Shown here one piece after another: positions 10,277-19,159 of a DNA stretch of 64,000 nucleotides. Each line of letters opens with the position of its first letter. Within the stretch, counting starts at the first letter, position 1. Source of the stretch: an uncultured delta proteobacterium (lineage in GTDB: Bacteria; Desulfobacterota; RBG-13-43-22); assembly GCA_963802945.1 (NCBI GenBank), contig CAWDKY010000028.1, positions 32,001 to 96,000 on the forward strand, written 5' to 3'. The notes beneath the pieces are model-generated. The model was given only the letters and a program-made list of their open reading frames with translations. It did no database searches and had not been told where the DNA came from. The position numbers were made by a program, and so were the translations under genes.

Positions 10277-10687
10277 CTAAAGCTTCCACTTGCCGGAAAA
10301 ATAAACATCTCTAACGCTTTTTGCCTTATCTTTTGCCCATGATTCCAAACCCATTTTCTTTATTAAGCATAAATTAAAAACTTTGGTATTATGAGGCATA
10401 TTGGTGGCTTGGTCTGCATATGGATGAAGATGATCACAAGGAAAGTCCGAACAATCACAACAAAATGCAACGCCTTTTTTCTCTGCACAGGGATATACGC
10501 TGCATGGCATAGAAATTACAGCACACTTTCCATTCTCGGCGCGGCATCCTTTGCAAACAGCTTTTTCCGAAGGAATGTCGAACCTTTCTGAAACAGCTTT
10601 CCGTATTTCCAGATTCTCATTTGCTAAATAAGCGACGCAATTAAAACAGTCTATTCCACAAGGTGCTGTCATTTGTTCATAGTTCAT
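10277..10687 (-). CDS. DUF3795-like Cys-rich protein (integron cassette)
   Basis: APCGIDCFNC, C.GCR, C...C.VY.C....G..FC..C.DFPC pattern. Start moved to ATG 10687, behind RBS AAAGGA and downstream of the attC. Confidence 0.82.
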   Translation of the reverse strand: MNYEQMTAPCGIDCFNCVAYLANENLEIRKAVSERFDIPSEKAVCKGCRAENGKCAVISMPCSVYPCAEKKGVAFCCDCSDFPCDHLHPYADQATNMPHNTKVFNLCLIKKMGLESWAKDKAKSVRDVYFSGKWKL

Positions 10688-10710
10688 TTTTTTTCCTTTT
10701 GATAAAGCAA

Positions 10711-10771
10711 GCATAACGGCAGGCATCAGCGGCGAGGCTCTGCCGCGTCCGTCTGGATGCACTTGTTAGCA
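10711..10771 (-). other. Integron attC site
   Basis: Minus strand: R'' TGCTAAC, L'' GCATCCAG, stem-loop, L' CTGATGC, R' GTTATGC, with the extra-helical base in L''. It overlaps the 3' end of the isochorismatase gene. Confidence 0.88.
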
Positions 10772-11448
10772 TCAAAAATATTAATTATTTCTTCAGCAGA
10801 AAGAACTTTAGCATAACCCATACGAAGGGTCATTAGTTCACACTCCTGCAACGCATGATCGTTCGTTGCTGTGATATCGCTTCCAAAAACGACTTTAAAA
10901 CTCCGCTCGTAGGCTTGTCTTGCAGTTGCACCACAGCAGATATTCGTTAATGTTCCACAGATGATCACGGTATCGCGGCGTAATCTTTTAAGGATGGTCT
11001 CTAACGGCGTATCATAGAAGGCACCGTAGGATGACTTATGAATTATAATATCTTTTTGTTCAGGCTTTAATTCATGCCATACATTTCCATGGATTAAAAA
11101 GCTTGATAAATCAATGTCCGAATCCGGAAAACTGATAGGCATGGAAAAGAGCGTAGTGGGGCGATCCAAAAAACGATGGGTGTTTGACATTACAGTGTAG
11201 ATTATGGGTATTTTTGCTTTACGGCATCTTTCTATCAAATGTTTTATTTTTGGAACTTGCCGTATGGCATCCGGCACCCAGAAAGGACTCCATCCCGGTT
11301 TTACAAACTCGTCTTGCATATCAATAACAATCAACGTACATTTTTCTGGGACAATTTCAAATTTAGCAACACCTTCATGATAGGCTTTTTTCGCAAGTGA
11401 AAGTACTTGCTCTTCCGTATATTGTTTTGTTTTCATTTCCGCGATCAC
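10726..11448 (-). CDS. Isochorismatase-family cysteine hydrolase (integron cassette)
   Basis: LIVIDMQDEF, IIHKSSYGAFYDT.LE..L, GTLTNICC..TAR.A catalytic D/K/C. The C-terminus ANKCIQTDAAEPRR is read through the attC. Confidence 0.9.
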   Translation of the reverse strand: MIAEMKTKQYTEEQVLSLAKKAYHEGVAKFEIVPEKCTLIVIDMQDEFVKPGWSPFWVPDAIRQVPKIKHLIERCRKAKIPIIYTVMSNTHRFLDRPTTLFSMPISFPDSDIDLSSFLIHGNVWHELKPEQKDIIIHKSSYGAFYDTPLETILKRLRRDTVIICGTLTNICCGATARQAYERSFKVVFGSDITATNDHALQECELMTLRMGYAKVLSAEEIINIFDANKCIQTDAAEPRR

Positions 11449-11472
11449 CTTTCATTTCCAAGTTTCGTGCAT

Positions 11473-11536
11473 TGCTAACCAAAGAGTTCACCGGGAGCCC
11501 GTAGAGTGGGCGATCCGGTGGAACGGCTCGTTGGCT
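11473..11536 (-). other. Integron attC site
   Basis: Minus strand: AGCCAAC-GAGCC-GTTCCACC...GGTGAAC-TCTTTG-GTTAGCA. Its R' GTTAGCA is the exact complement of the next cassette's R'' TGCTAAC. Confidence 0.9.
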
Positions 11537-11537
11537 G

Positions 11538-11690
11538 TCATTCTTTTTTCCGTAGCAGTTCTTCCGGCCATTTCGTAGTCACGTTTTCCGAGGCGATCAG
11601 ATCCAGGGTGCAGCGCTGACGGTCCAGTTCCAGGTTTATGGTCCGGTAGATCGCGGGGTCCACCTCGGAAAGAGTGCTATTCAGCTTCAT
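11538..11690 (-). pseudogene. glyA: Truncated serine hydroxymethyltransferase 5' end joined to an unrelated tail
   Basis: Translated by hand: MKLNSTLSEVDPAIYRTINLELDRQRCTLDLIASENV (GlyA N-terminal DP.I...I..E..RQ...L.LIASEN motif), then TTKWPEELLRKKE* ending 1 bp before the attC. Confidence 0.8.
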
Positions 11691-11787
11691 CGATATTTTT
11701 ACTTCCTACCTTAAAAATGCTTCATATTGCATACATTATTTTGTCGGAATCCAGAAGTCGGAATTAAGAATGTGAATGCGTTTCCTA

Positions 11788-12762
11788 TTAGGCGTTTACT
11801 ACATTGATAGGATTTCCAGCGATATACTGCCGCAAATTATCAATGACGATATCCATCAACCGTTGCCGCGATTCTTTGGGCGCCCAAGATATATGTGGTG
11901 TAATAATGCAATTTTTCACTTGTAATAACGGGTTATCGTACTTTATCGGCTCGGAAGATACTACATCCAGTGCGACCCCACCGACCTTGCCACTATTTAA
12001 TGCCTCAACCAGATCTTCTTCTACTATCAGTGGCCCTTTGGAAGTATTAATAATCATAGTTCCAGACTTCATCTTGGCAATATTATTTTTGTTAATTATA
12101 CCCCTGGTGCTTTCAAACAAGGGACAGTGTAGACTAATCACATCAGCTTCAGCAAACAATTCATCGAGTTCTACATACTGCAAAGTCGCACATTCCAATT
12201 CTTTCACTTTATAACTATCGAAGGCCAATACTTTCATACCCAGGGCCAGCGCAATCCTTGCAGTAGACTGTCCAATTCTACCAAAACCGATTATCCCCAT
12301 TGTCTTGCCGGCAAGCTCAATTAAAGGGTACTTCCAGAAACACCAGTCAGGATTATTAGCCCATTCGCCTTTTTTTACAGCTTCATCGTGAGCCCCAATG
12401 TGGTGGCACATTTCTAAAAGTAACGCAATAGTCATCTGTGCCACGGCATCAGTTCCATACGTAGGAGTATTTGTTACCACAATACCACGCTGCTTCGTTG
12501 TCTCAACATCAACCACGTTATAGCCCGTGGCAAGCAACCCAACATATTTTAGTTTTGGCGTTGCCGCAAAAAATTCAGCGGTAAGAGGTGTTTTATTTGT
12601 AAATACTATTTCCGCATCCATGGCCCTTTTGATTATTTCGTTTAGCCCTTCGACAACATACGCTGTTCGTTCATATACCGTCAGATCACATAATTCTTTT
12701 AATCCATCCCAGCTTAAATCTCCCGGATTCAGGGTATAACCATCAAGTATAACTGCTTTCAC
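11788..12762 (-). CDS. D-2-hydroxyacid dehydrogenase (glycerate dehydrogenase / hydroxypyruvate reductase-like)
   Basis: LDGYTLNPGDLSW, GIIGFGRIG, SLHCPL, ALDV.S.EP, ITPHISWA. Confidence 0.92.
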   Translation of the reverse strand: MKAVILDGYTLNPGDLSWDGLKELCDLTVYERTAYVVEGLNEIIKRAMDAEIVFTNKTPLTAEFFAATPKLKYVGLLATGYNVVDVETTKQRGIVVTNTPTYGTDAVAQMTIALLLEMCHHIGAHDEAVKKGEWANNPDWCFWKYPLIELAGKTMGIIGFGRIGQSTARIALALGMKVLAFDSYKVKELECATLQYVELDELFAEADVISLHCPLFESTRGIINKNNIAKMKSGTMIINTSKGPLIVEEDLVEALNSGKVGGVALDVVSSEPIKYDNPLLQVKNCIITPHISWAPKESRQRLMDIVIDNLRQYIAGNPINVVNA

Positions 12763-12925
12763 AAAACTTCACTCCTTAATTATTACGAAACCTCACTTGC
12801 ACTATTTCAAACGAGCTTTTGCCCACAACGATTAAATACCCCTGTCCAAACTGACAGAAAGCGATAATTCATCATCCTGTAGCACCCTGACAATGTTGCC
12901 GCACTAATCCGAAGGGCAAAATGCA

Positions 12926-14099
12926 TCAATGTTTTTGATACAACAGCATGCCATCACGGAAGGTCTTATCAATCTCAGAAATTGCTCGTATATCTGTGAG
13001 CGGATTACCATTAATGATAATCAGATCAGCCCGCTTGCCGACCTCAAGCGTACCCACGATATTTTCAATCCTGCACAGTTCTGCGGCAGTCTTTGTAGCA
13101 CTGATCAAGGCGTCCATATTTGTCATGCCGTATTCCACGTAAAGCTCCAACTCTCTTGGAAGACCGCTGATCGGATTAAACGGACAGTTGGCATCGGTCC
13201 CAGCTGCAATTTTAACACCAGCTGCCATACACAGCTTAAATGATTTATTATGATGTTTCAGATATGGAATCATCTTATCTCTTAGCCACTGTCCCTTGAG
13301 ATCGGTGCTGCCGCAGATAGATATCGGAGCCATCAGAGTAGGGCAGTAGAAACTCTTCATTTTCAGCATCAATTCAACAGCCTCATCATCAAGCATATAT
13401 GCATGCTCAATCGAACGGACGCCTGCGCGGATGGCGTTTTTTGTACCCTCAAGGCCGAGGCAGTGCGCGGCTGTGATGGTACCAGTTCTCTCAGACTCTT
13501 GGCAAACCGCTCTCATCTGATCTTCGCTGAGTTGCGAGGCACCGGGCTTGCGATCCCCGCGTTACGATTCCACCTGTGGCAAACAGCTTTATCACATCGG
13601 CTCCCTTCTTCATCTGACCACGGGCAGCCTTGAGCGCTTCACCCACCGTATCGCATTCGGTTCCCATAAAATGACAATGTCCACCTGTTATGGTGACTAC
13701 AGTGCCAGAGGCAAGAATGCGTGGGCCTTTGATATACCCGGAGTTGATCATATCACGAATCCAGATGTCACTATCGTACCTGGTTCCCATATTTCGAATG
13801 GTAGTAATTCCGAATTTGAGGAACTCTTGGCTTTGCGTAACCGATATCACCGCGGTTTGGGTTTCATTTTTAGCGGTAAAATGATCTCCAACATCGGTTG
13901 CAGGCATTTCCCCGATATGCACGTGACAGTCGAATAGACCCGGCATAACCGTTTTTCCTGTAGCATCAATTTCGGTCCCGCCGACGATCGGTTTGTCCGA
14001 AATCGCCAAGATCCCCGTCTCATCAAACTGGGTAAATCCATTTTCCAGGACGCCCCCATTACCGTCAATAATTCGGGCATTTTTAATAACAATTCTCAT
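12926..14099 (-). pseudogene. Metal-dependent amidohydrolase (Xaa-Pro dipeptidase-like) split by a one-base frameshift near 13550
   Basis: ORF 13491..14138 carries MPGLFDCHVH and GADVIKLFATGG; ORF 12926..13516 carries AAHC.G, SIEH, AGTDA and GKRADL. Removing one base restores ...GS.PGASQLSEDQMRAV. May be a sequencing error. Confidence 0.8.
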
Positions 14100-14217
14100 A
14101 AAACCGCCTTCTTTTTCAGTGGGTCCTTTAACTCCCACCCCATTAGCATTTCTTTCCTACCCCAAGCCAGTCCGCTTGGAGAAGGTTTCATCGAGGTGGG
14201 TTATTATTGCTTCTGAT

Positions 14218-14412
14218 CTATTTGACCATTTTATCTCTGGCCGAGACAGTGTTACCTCTTTTGAGGGTGTTCCCAATGTCAGTGAAACCAGCGCCAACAT
14301 CCCCAACCATGGCAATGACTTCGTTTTCAATGACCAATCCGCCTGAATGCCGTTTTTGTCGAGTGCCATCGATGATTGTTTCGTTCTTTATCAGGATTTT
14401 CACTGTTTCCAC
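14218..14412 (-). pseudogene. N-terminal remnant of an N-acyl-D-amino-acid deacylase-like amidohydrolase
   Basis: ILIKNETIIDGT......GLVIENEVIAMVGDV matches the amidohydrolase beta-sandwich start; the similarity is then lost and a stop follows. Confidence 0.5.
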
Positions 14413-14497
14413 CCTCCGATTTTGGCAAAACCAACTATTTTACGCCGTCCAAATATTCAACCCGGTAGGATTATCCTAAAAATATATTGTTTTTTTC

Positions 14498-14875
14498 CTA
14501 CCCCAGAGCAATAACTTCTATCTCAATCAAAGCGTCTTTTGGTAATCTGCTGACTTGAACACATGAACGGGCCGGCGGCGCCCCAGGGAAATATTTCCCA
14601 TATACCTCATTTATTTTAGGGAAATCATTCATGTCTTTAATGAAAATCAACGACTTTACAATACTACTGAAATCCATACCTGCTACTTTTAGAATATTGC
14701 CGATGTTTACCATTGCTTGTTCTGTTTGCTTCTTTATATCGTTTTCAACAAGTTCGCCGGTCTCCGGACTAATTGGTATTTGACCGGAAACGAATAAATA
14801 CCCATCGGTTTTTATTGCTGGAGAATATACACCAATAACCGGAGGACCGTCGTTACATTTGATCACTTTTTTCAT
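14498..14875 (-). CDS. ridA: RidA/YjgF family enamine/imine deaminase
   Basis: G.YSPA, LFVSGQIP, IVK..IF..DM.DF..INEVY..YF....PARS.V.V..LPK..LIEIE.IA. Confidence 0.93.
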   Translation of the reverse strand: MKKVIKCNDGPPVIGVYSPAIKTDGYLFVSGQIPISPETGELVENDIKKQTEQAMVNIGNILKVAGMDFSSIVKSLIFIKDMNDFPKINEVYGKYFPGAPPARSCVQVSRLPKDALIEIEVIALG

Positions 14876-15575
14876 TAGATGTTACCACCCGTTCATTTTT
14901 TTGCAGATAGCGATAAACAGTTGGCTCTGATGTTTTTAACACCTTTGCTACCTCAGCCACTGACCCTTTTAGTAGAAAAACCCCTTTACGATCAAGTTCA
15001 CCCACAAATCTTTTTTTTTCTTCGATTGTCATTCTATCCGGAGATGAACCAAACTTATTTACCGTTTCTTGAATAAGCGAAAACATAAGATCATCAATAG
15101 AACAACTAAAATTTTCAACAATAACTTTTTTGTCTGTTGCATTATTTTTGTCAACTATGCCAATCATTTTTGACAAGATGTTTCTTGCCGCCATAATTTC
15201 TGTCATATCAAAGTTTAAACAAAGCATGCCAAAAATTTCGCCTTTAAGATCTTTTAGAAAATATGTGGAAGATTTCAAAGTTTTGCCACTAGAGGTTTTG
15301 CCCTCATAGTTGGCCAAATGAGTTTTATCGCTATAAGTTCTTACAATTTTTAATGCAAGATCGCCTAAAGGCCCTCCCACTTTTCGCCCACTTATGTGCT
15401 CGTTTCTGATAGCTATAATGGAGGAATCTATATTGGACAAATCATGCAAAACAATTTCACAATTATCGCCTAAAGCATCAGCTAGAAAATCCAATATTGA
15501 GATATAAACGTAAAAAATATTTTTTTTGTAATCTTCGTTATTTTCGAACTTTTGACTACTCTTTTGAGTTATCAT
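14853..15575 (-). CDS. YheO-like PAS + HTH transcriptional regulator
   Basis: EIVLHDL.....SIIAI.N.HISGRKVG.P, LKSST, GMLCLN.D and a C-terminal G.FLLKGSV..VA..L..S..TVYRYL HTH. Confidence 0.9.
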   Translation of the reverse strand: MITQKSSQKFENNEDYKKNIFYVYISILDFLADALGDNCEIVLHDLSNIDSSIIAIRNEHISGRKVGGPLGDLALKIVRTYSDKTHLANYEGKTSSGKTLKSSTYFLKDLKGEIFGMLCLNFDMTEIMAARNILSKMIGIVDKNNATDKKVIVENFSCSIDDLMFSLIQETVNKFGSSPDRMTIEEKKRFVGELDRKGVFLLKGSVAEVAKVLKTSEPTVYRYLQKNERVVTSNEKSDQM

Positions 15576-15651
15576 TTAAATCTGCATTCTCGCTGTTGAA
15601 AAATCAAAACTATTCAGTATAAATGTTTTAACTACACCAGGGCGTCTATTC

Positions 15652-15688
15652 TTGATAATATTTTATTATTTTGATAAAATATTATCAA
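15652..15688. promoter_or_regulatory. Perfect 15-bp inverted repeat, candidate operator of the YheO-like regulator
   Basis: TTGATAATATTTTAT (15652-15666) / ATAAAATATTATCAA (15674-15688), ~80 bp upstream of the regulator start. Confidence 0.5.
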
Positions 15689-15819
15689 AATAATTTTGTT
15701 CTGTCAATGGTTTTTAATAAAAAATTTATCACTATGACTATATTTAATAAAAAATAAACCTTAAAGTTATTGATACAATGCAGTATAATTCCGGCTATCT
15801 TAAAAAAAAGAGGCCGATT

Positions 15820-16090
15820 ATGCTGCCCCAAATTCGAGAGGAAGAACATTTGTTTCCAGTGCCCAAGTTTGATTTGAACAAGAATGACATTAGTGAATTT
15901 AATAATGAAATCAAATGGTTTAATGAAAATATTCATGACTGTTTTACTCTCAGCGAATCCAGGGAGCATTTTTATAACTATATGAGCTGTCAATTCAGCG
16001 ACCTGGAACGCAAATCCAATGAACCAATCGCTTTAAATGTGAAAAACGGGAATATCCAGGCCATGCAGCATTTCGTCAGCGATGTTCCGA
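15820..16090 (+). mobile_element. IS701-family transposase N-terminal remnant
   Basis: F..CF..SESREHF.NYM..QFS.LERKS.EPIAL.V...N..AMQ.FVSD resembles the IS701 N-terminus; no DDE domain follows. Confidence 0.7.
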
Positions 16091-16336
16091 ATTCGAATTC
16101 CGGGTAGAGTAGAGAGCTGGGGCCTGCCTGGTACCACTTTTGAACCTTTTAATGCACGCATCTACCTGGGGAAACGGGGGGTCGGAAAAACCGGGAAATA
16201 AAAAAAGGGGTAAAAAGAAGCTTCTAAGCCGAACACAGATGCCGCGAGCCAATCGATATTTCATTTCGAATCAGGTTTGAATAGGTTGGTCTGGTCTGAT
16301 CCTCAAAAAGGTTATTAATGAAAGGAAGCATCAACA

Positions 16337-16672
16337 ATGTTTTATAAGCACAATCCAGAGGGATATAGGCAAGTCCTTGAAGGCATAAAGATTAAAACAT
16401 TAGTTTATGGGGACAAGACGCTTTTCACCGAATTTCAACTGAAAACGGACAGCCAGCTACCCAAGCATGCTCACCCGCAAGAGCAAACAGGATATCTCGT
16501 CTCCGGTCGAATCCGGCTTACCATCGGCGAAGAGACCTTTGAAGTGGAACCCGGCGACAGTTGGTGTGTGCCCGGTAATATGGAGCATCAAGCTGAGATT
16601 CTCGCCGATTCGGTGGCCGTCGAAGTTTTTTCGCCGGTACGAGAAGATTATTTGCCAGAACAATTGGTCTGA
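16337..16672 (+). CDS. Cupin domain protein
   Basis: P.H.HP.EQ.GY..SG ... PGDSW.VP.N.EH ... VEVFSP.REDY. Confidence 0.9.
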   Translation: MFYKHNPEGYRQVLEGIKIKTLVYGDKTLFTEFQLKTDSQLPKHAHPQEQTGYLVSGRIRLTIGEETFEVEPGDSWCVPGNMEHQAEILADSVAVEVFSPVREDYLPEQLV

Positions 16673-16810
16673 GGCAGTCTTTGAATCGTTGGAGGGGTGA
16701 CCAAATCTGGGGATTGAAATATTAATGAATTTCATTAAAAATGAGGGGTAAAAAAGGATCTTGAGGTGTCCTTTTTACGCCTCCAAAGGCGCTTCTTAAA
16801 GGATTATCTT

Positions 16811-17399
16811 ATGAAGAAACAACTTGGCCCTTCGGATGCCATTTTTCCCGTGCCGGCCGCCTTAATCGTAAGTGGAATAAAGGAAGAGGCCAATATTATT
16901 ACCGTGGCCTGGATAGGGATAGCCAGCTCGACCCCGCCTACCATCGGCCTTTCCATTAGGAAAACACGATATTCTTTAGGATTGATACGAAAGACAGGGG
17001 AATTTTCAGTTAATTTCCCGAGTGCATCTCTATTTAAAGAAGTGGATTATTGCGGATTGACTACCGGGCGGAAAAGAAATAAATTTATAGATACAGGATT
17101 GACCCCTATAAAGGGAAAAGAATCGACCGCCGATCATTAAAGAATGTCCCTATAATATGGAATGCAGAGTTTCCCGGGAAATAATTATTGGAGATTATAT
17201 TCATATTTTAGGGGAGGTCGTTGAATCTCATATTGATGAGGACAAGGCGGATAACTCCAAACGTGCCGGCTTTGATATTTCAAAAATAAATCCCCTGGTT
17301 TATTGTGCCGAAGCACGTGAATATTGGACTCTAGGTAATTTGCTGGGCTATGGTTTTAAGGCGGGAAAAGAAATAAAGAAAAAAATAGAAAAATCGTAA
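16811..17399 (+). pseudogene. Flavin reductase-like FMN-binding protein, frameshifted near 17125
   Basis: N-half P.PA.L, NIITVAW, PPT, GEFSVN, DYCG..TG...KF; the C-half continues in the next frame PPIIKECPYNMECRV...GEVVE. One extra base; may be a sequencing error. Confidence 0.8.
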
Positions 17400-17423
17400 G
17401 ACGTTAGATGTAAGAAAAAAATG

Positions 17424-17480
17424 GTTTGACAGGAAAAACTGGATTTACCTGTTCCAGATAATCCGGTAAATCCTGTCTAA
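17424..17480. repeat. 9-nt-period inverted repeat hairpin (GACAGG.../...CCTGTC type)
   Basis: tttgacagg-aaaaactgg-atttac ... aatccggta-aatcctgtc-taa. Confidence 0.55.
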
Positions 17481-17510
17481 CATGAGGTTCTTGCAAATTT
17501 CATAAATCCC

Positions 17511-17578
17511 GTCACCCCGGCGAAAGCCGGGGTCCAGGATGCATCAGAAAACTGGATTCCGGCTTCCGCCGGAATGAC
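17511..17578. repeat. REP-like double-hairpin element
   Basis: GTCACCCCGGCGAAAGCCGGGGTCCAG ... CTGGATTCCGGCTTCCGCCGGAATGAC, two inverted REP units of the same family as 38073-38318. Confidence 0.8.
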
Positions 17579-17670
17579 ATCTTGGGACTTTTGCATAAAA
17601 CTAAAATGTTTTTTAATTTTTAACCTGAGGATTTAGGAGAAAAACTAAACTTAAGAAAGGAGAAGATAAA

Positions 17671-19107
17671 ATGGGAATTCGTACGGTGGAAGAATACAAG
17701 GAAAGTTTACGCGATGGAAGGCGGGTGTATATTCGGGGGGAAAAGGTGGAAGATATTACCAAGCACCGAATCCTGGGCATCACCTGTGACACCATCGCTG
17801 CCGGTTATGAACTGACGGCCTCCAAAGACCCGGAGGTCCACGATCTTTTCGTGGCCCCTCATCCGGAAACAGGCGAGCCGATCAACCGCTATTTTATTAC
17901 ACCGTCCAGTAAAAAAGACCTGGCCGACCGCACCAAGATGATTCAGCATTCCATCCAACTGATCGGTGGTCTTCCCTTCGGTAAGGATATCGGGACCGAC
18001 TGCCTCAATGCCGCCTTTGTCGTGGCCGGTCAGATGGGGAAGAAACAATACCAGGACAATGCCAAAAATTTTCTGGAACACCTCCGAAAGAATGATTTGC
18101 ATACCTGCGGGGCGGTCACCTGTGTCAAAGGGGACCGGTCCAAAGAACCGTCCAAACAGAAGCATCCGGATTACTATCTCCACGTGGTGGATAAAAACAA
18201 AGAGGGCATCGTCGTCAAAGGGGCCAAGATACACATCACCAGTGCCCCGGCGGCCAACGAGATCCTGGTTGTTCCCACCCGGCAGATGCGTGAAGATGAG
18301 GCCGACTATGCGGTGAGTTTTGCCATACCGGCCAACACCAAGGGGGTGACCTTTATTTGCCGCAGTGGGCGCGGCGCCTGGTCGGACCATGAATTCCATG
18401 CCGACCGCCCGGTCAGGGAGCTGACCGAGGCCATGATCGTCTTTGATAATGTTTTTGTCCCCTGGGAGCGGGTCTTTATGTGCGGGGAATGGCAGTTCTC
18501 CATGCTCCTGGCTTATACCTTTGCCACCTTCCACCGGTTTACGGCCATCAGTTACAAGGTTCCGGCCGTGGAGGTGATGGCCGGCTGTGCCGTGGCCATG
18601 GCCAAATATAACGGGTTGGAAAGGGTAGGGCACATCAGGGACAAACTGGCCGATATTGCCGCCTACGTGGAAACCCTCCGCGCCTTGGCCAATGCGGCGG
18701 CCAATGACCCGGTCATGCACGGCAATATCGCCGTCCCCAATCCCTTGATCGCCAACATGGCCAAGCTTCATTTTGCCAGTAAATATCACACCTTTGTCGA
18801 ATTGATCCAGGACATCAGCGGCGGGATCGTTGCCACTTCACCGGACAAAAAAGACTGGGAGAATCCCGATATCCACGATTACCTGGAGCACTATTTGGGA
18901 GGATCAGAAAAATACAGCACCCTGGATCGGCTTAAAATGGTTCACGAAACTATGAGACATATCTGTTCCCACGAGTCGGCCTTTCATGAAGTGACCACCG
19001 TTCACGCCGAAGGTTCGATGGCGGCTCAGAAGATGATGATCTACGCCGAATCCCCGCTGAAACGCTATGAAACCATGGCCATGGCGGCTGCGGGCATTAC
19101 CGCATAG
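17671..19107 (+). CDS. HpaB / 4-hydroxybutyryl-CoA dehydratase (AbfD) family flavoprotein
   Basis: EEY.ESLRDGR.VY..GE.V.D, GAVT.VKGDRS..P..Q..PD.YLHVV.....GIVV.GAK.H, FDNVFVPWERVF.CGE, FHR. Confidence 0.9.
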   Translation: MGIRTVEEYKESLRDGRRVYIRGEKVEDITKHRILGITCDTIAAGYELTASKDPEVHDLFVAPHPETGEPINRYFITPSSKKDLADRTKMIQHSIQLIGGLPFGKDIGTDCLNAAFVVAGQMGKKQYQDNAKNFLEHLRKNDLHTCGAVTCVKGDRSKEPSKQKHPDYYLHVVDKNKEGIVVKGAKIHITSAPAANEILVVPTRQMREDEADYAVSFAIPANTKGVTFICRSGRGAWSDHEFHADRPVRELTEAMIVFDNVFVPWERVFMCGEWQFSMLLAYTFATFHRFTAISYKVPAVEVMAGCAVAMAKYNGLERVGHIRDKLADIAAYVETLRALANAAANDPVMHGNIAVPNPLIANMAKLHFASKYHTFVELIQDISGGIVATSPDKKDWENPDIHDYLEHYLGGSEKYSTLDRLKMVHETMRHICSHESAFHEVTTVHAEGSMAAQKMMIYAESPLKRYETMAMAAAGITA

Positions 19108-19159
19108 GGAACGGGTTAGATAAGGAGATAGAAAAGTAGGGGAAGAAGGGTAAATCAAA

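Noticed and set aside
10688-10762. Extended N-terminus of the DUF3795-like ORF
   Set aside because: The extension is read through the attC site; the start with an RBS is at 10687.
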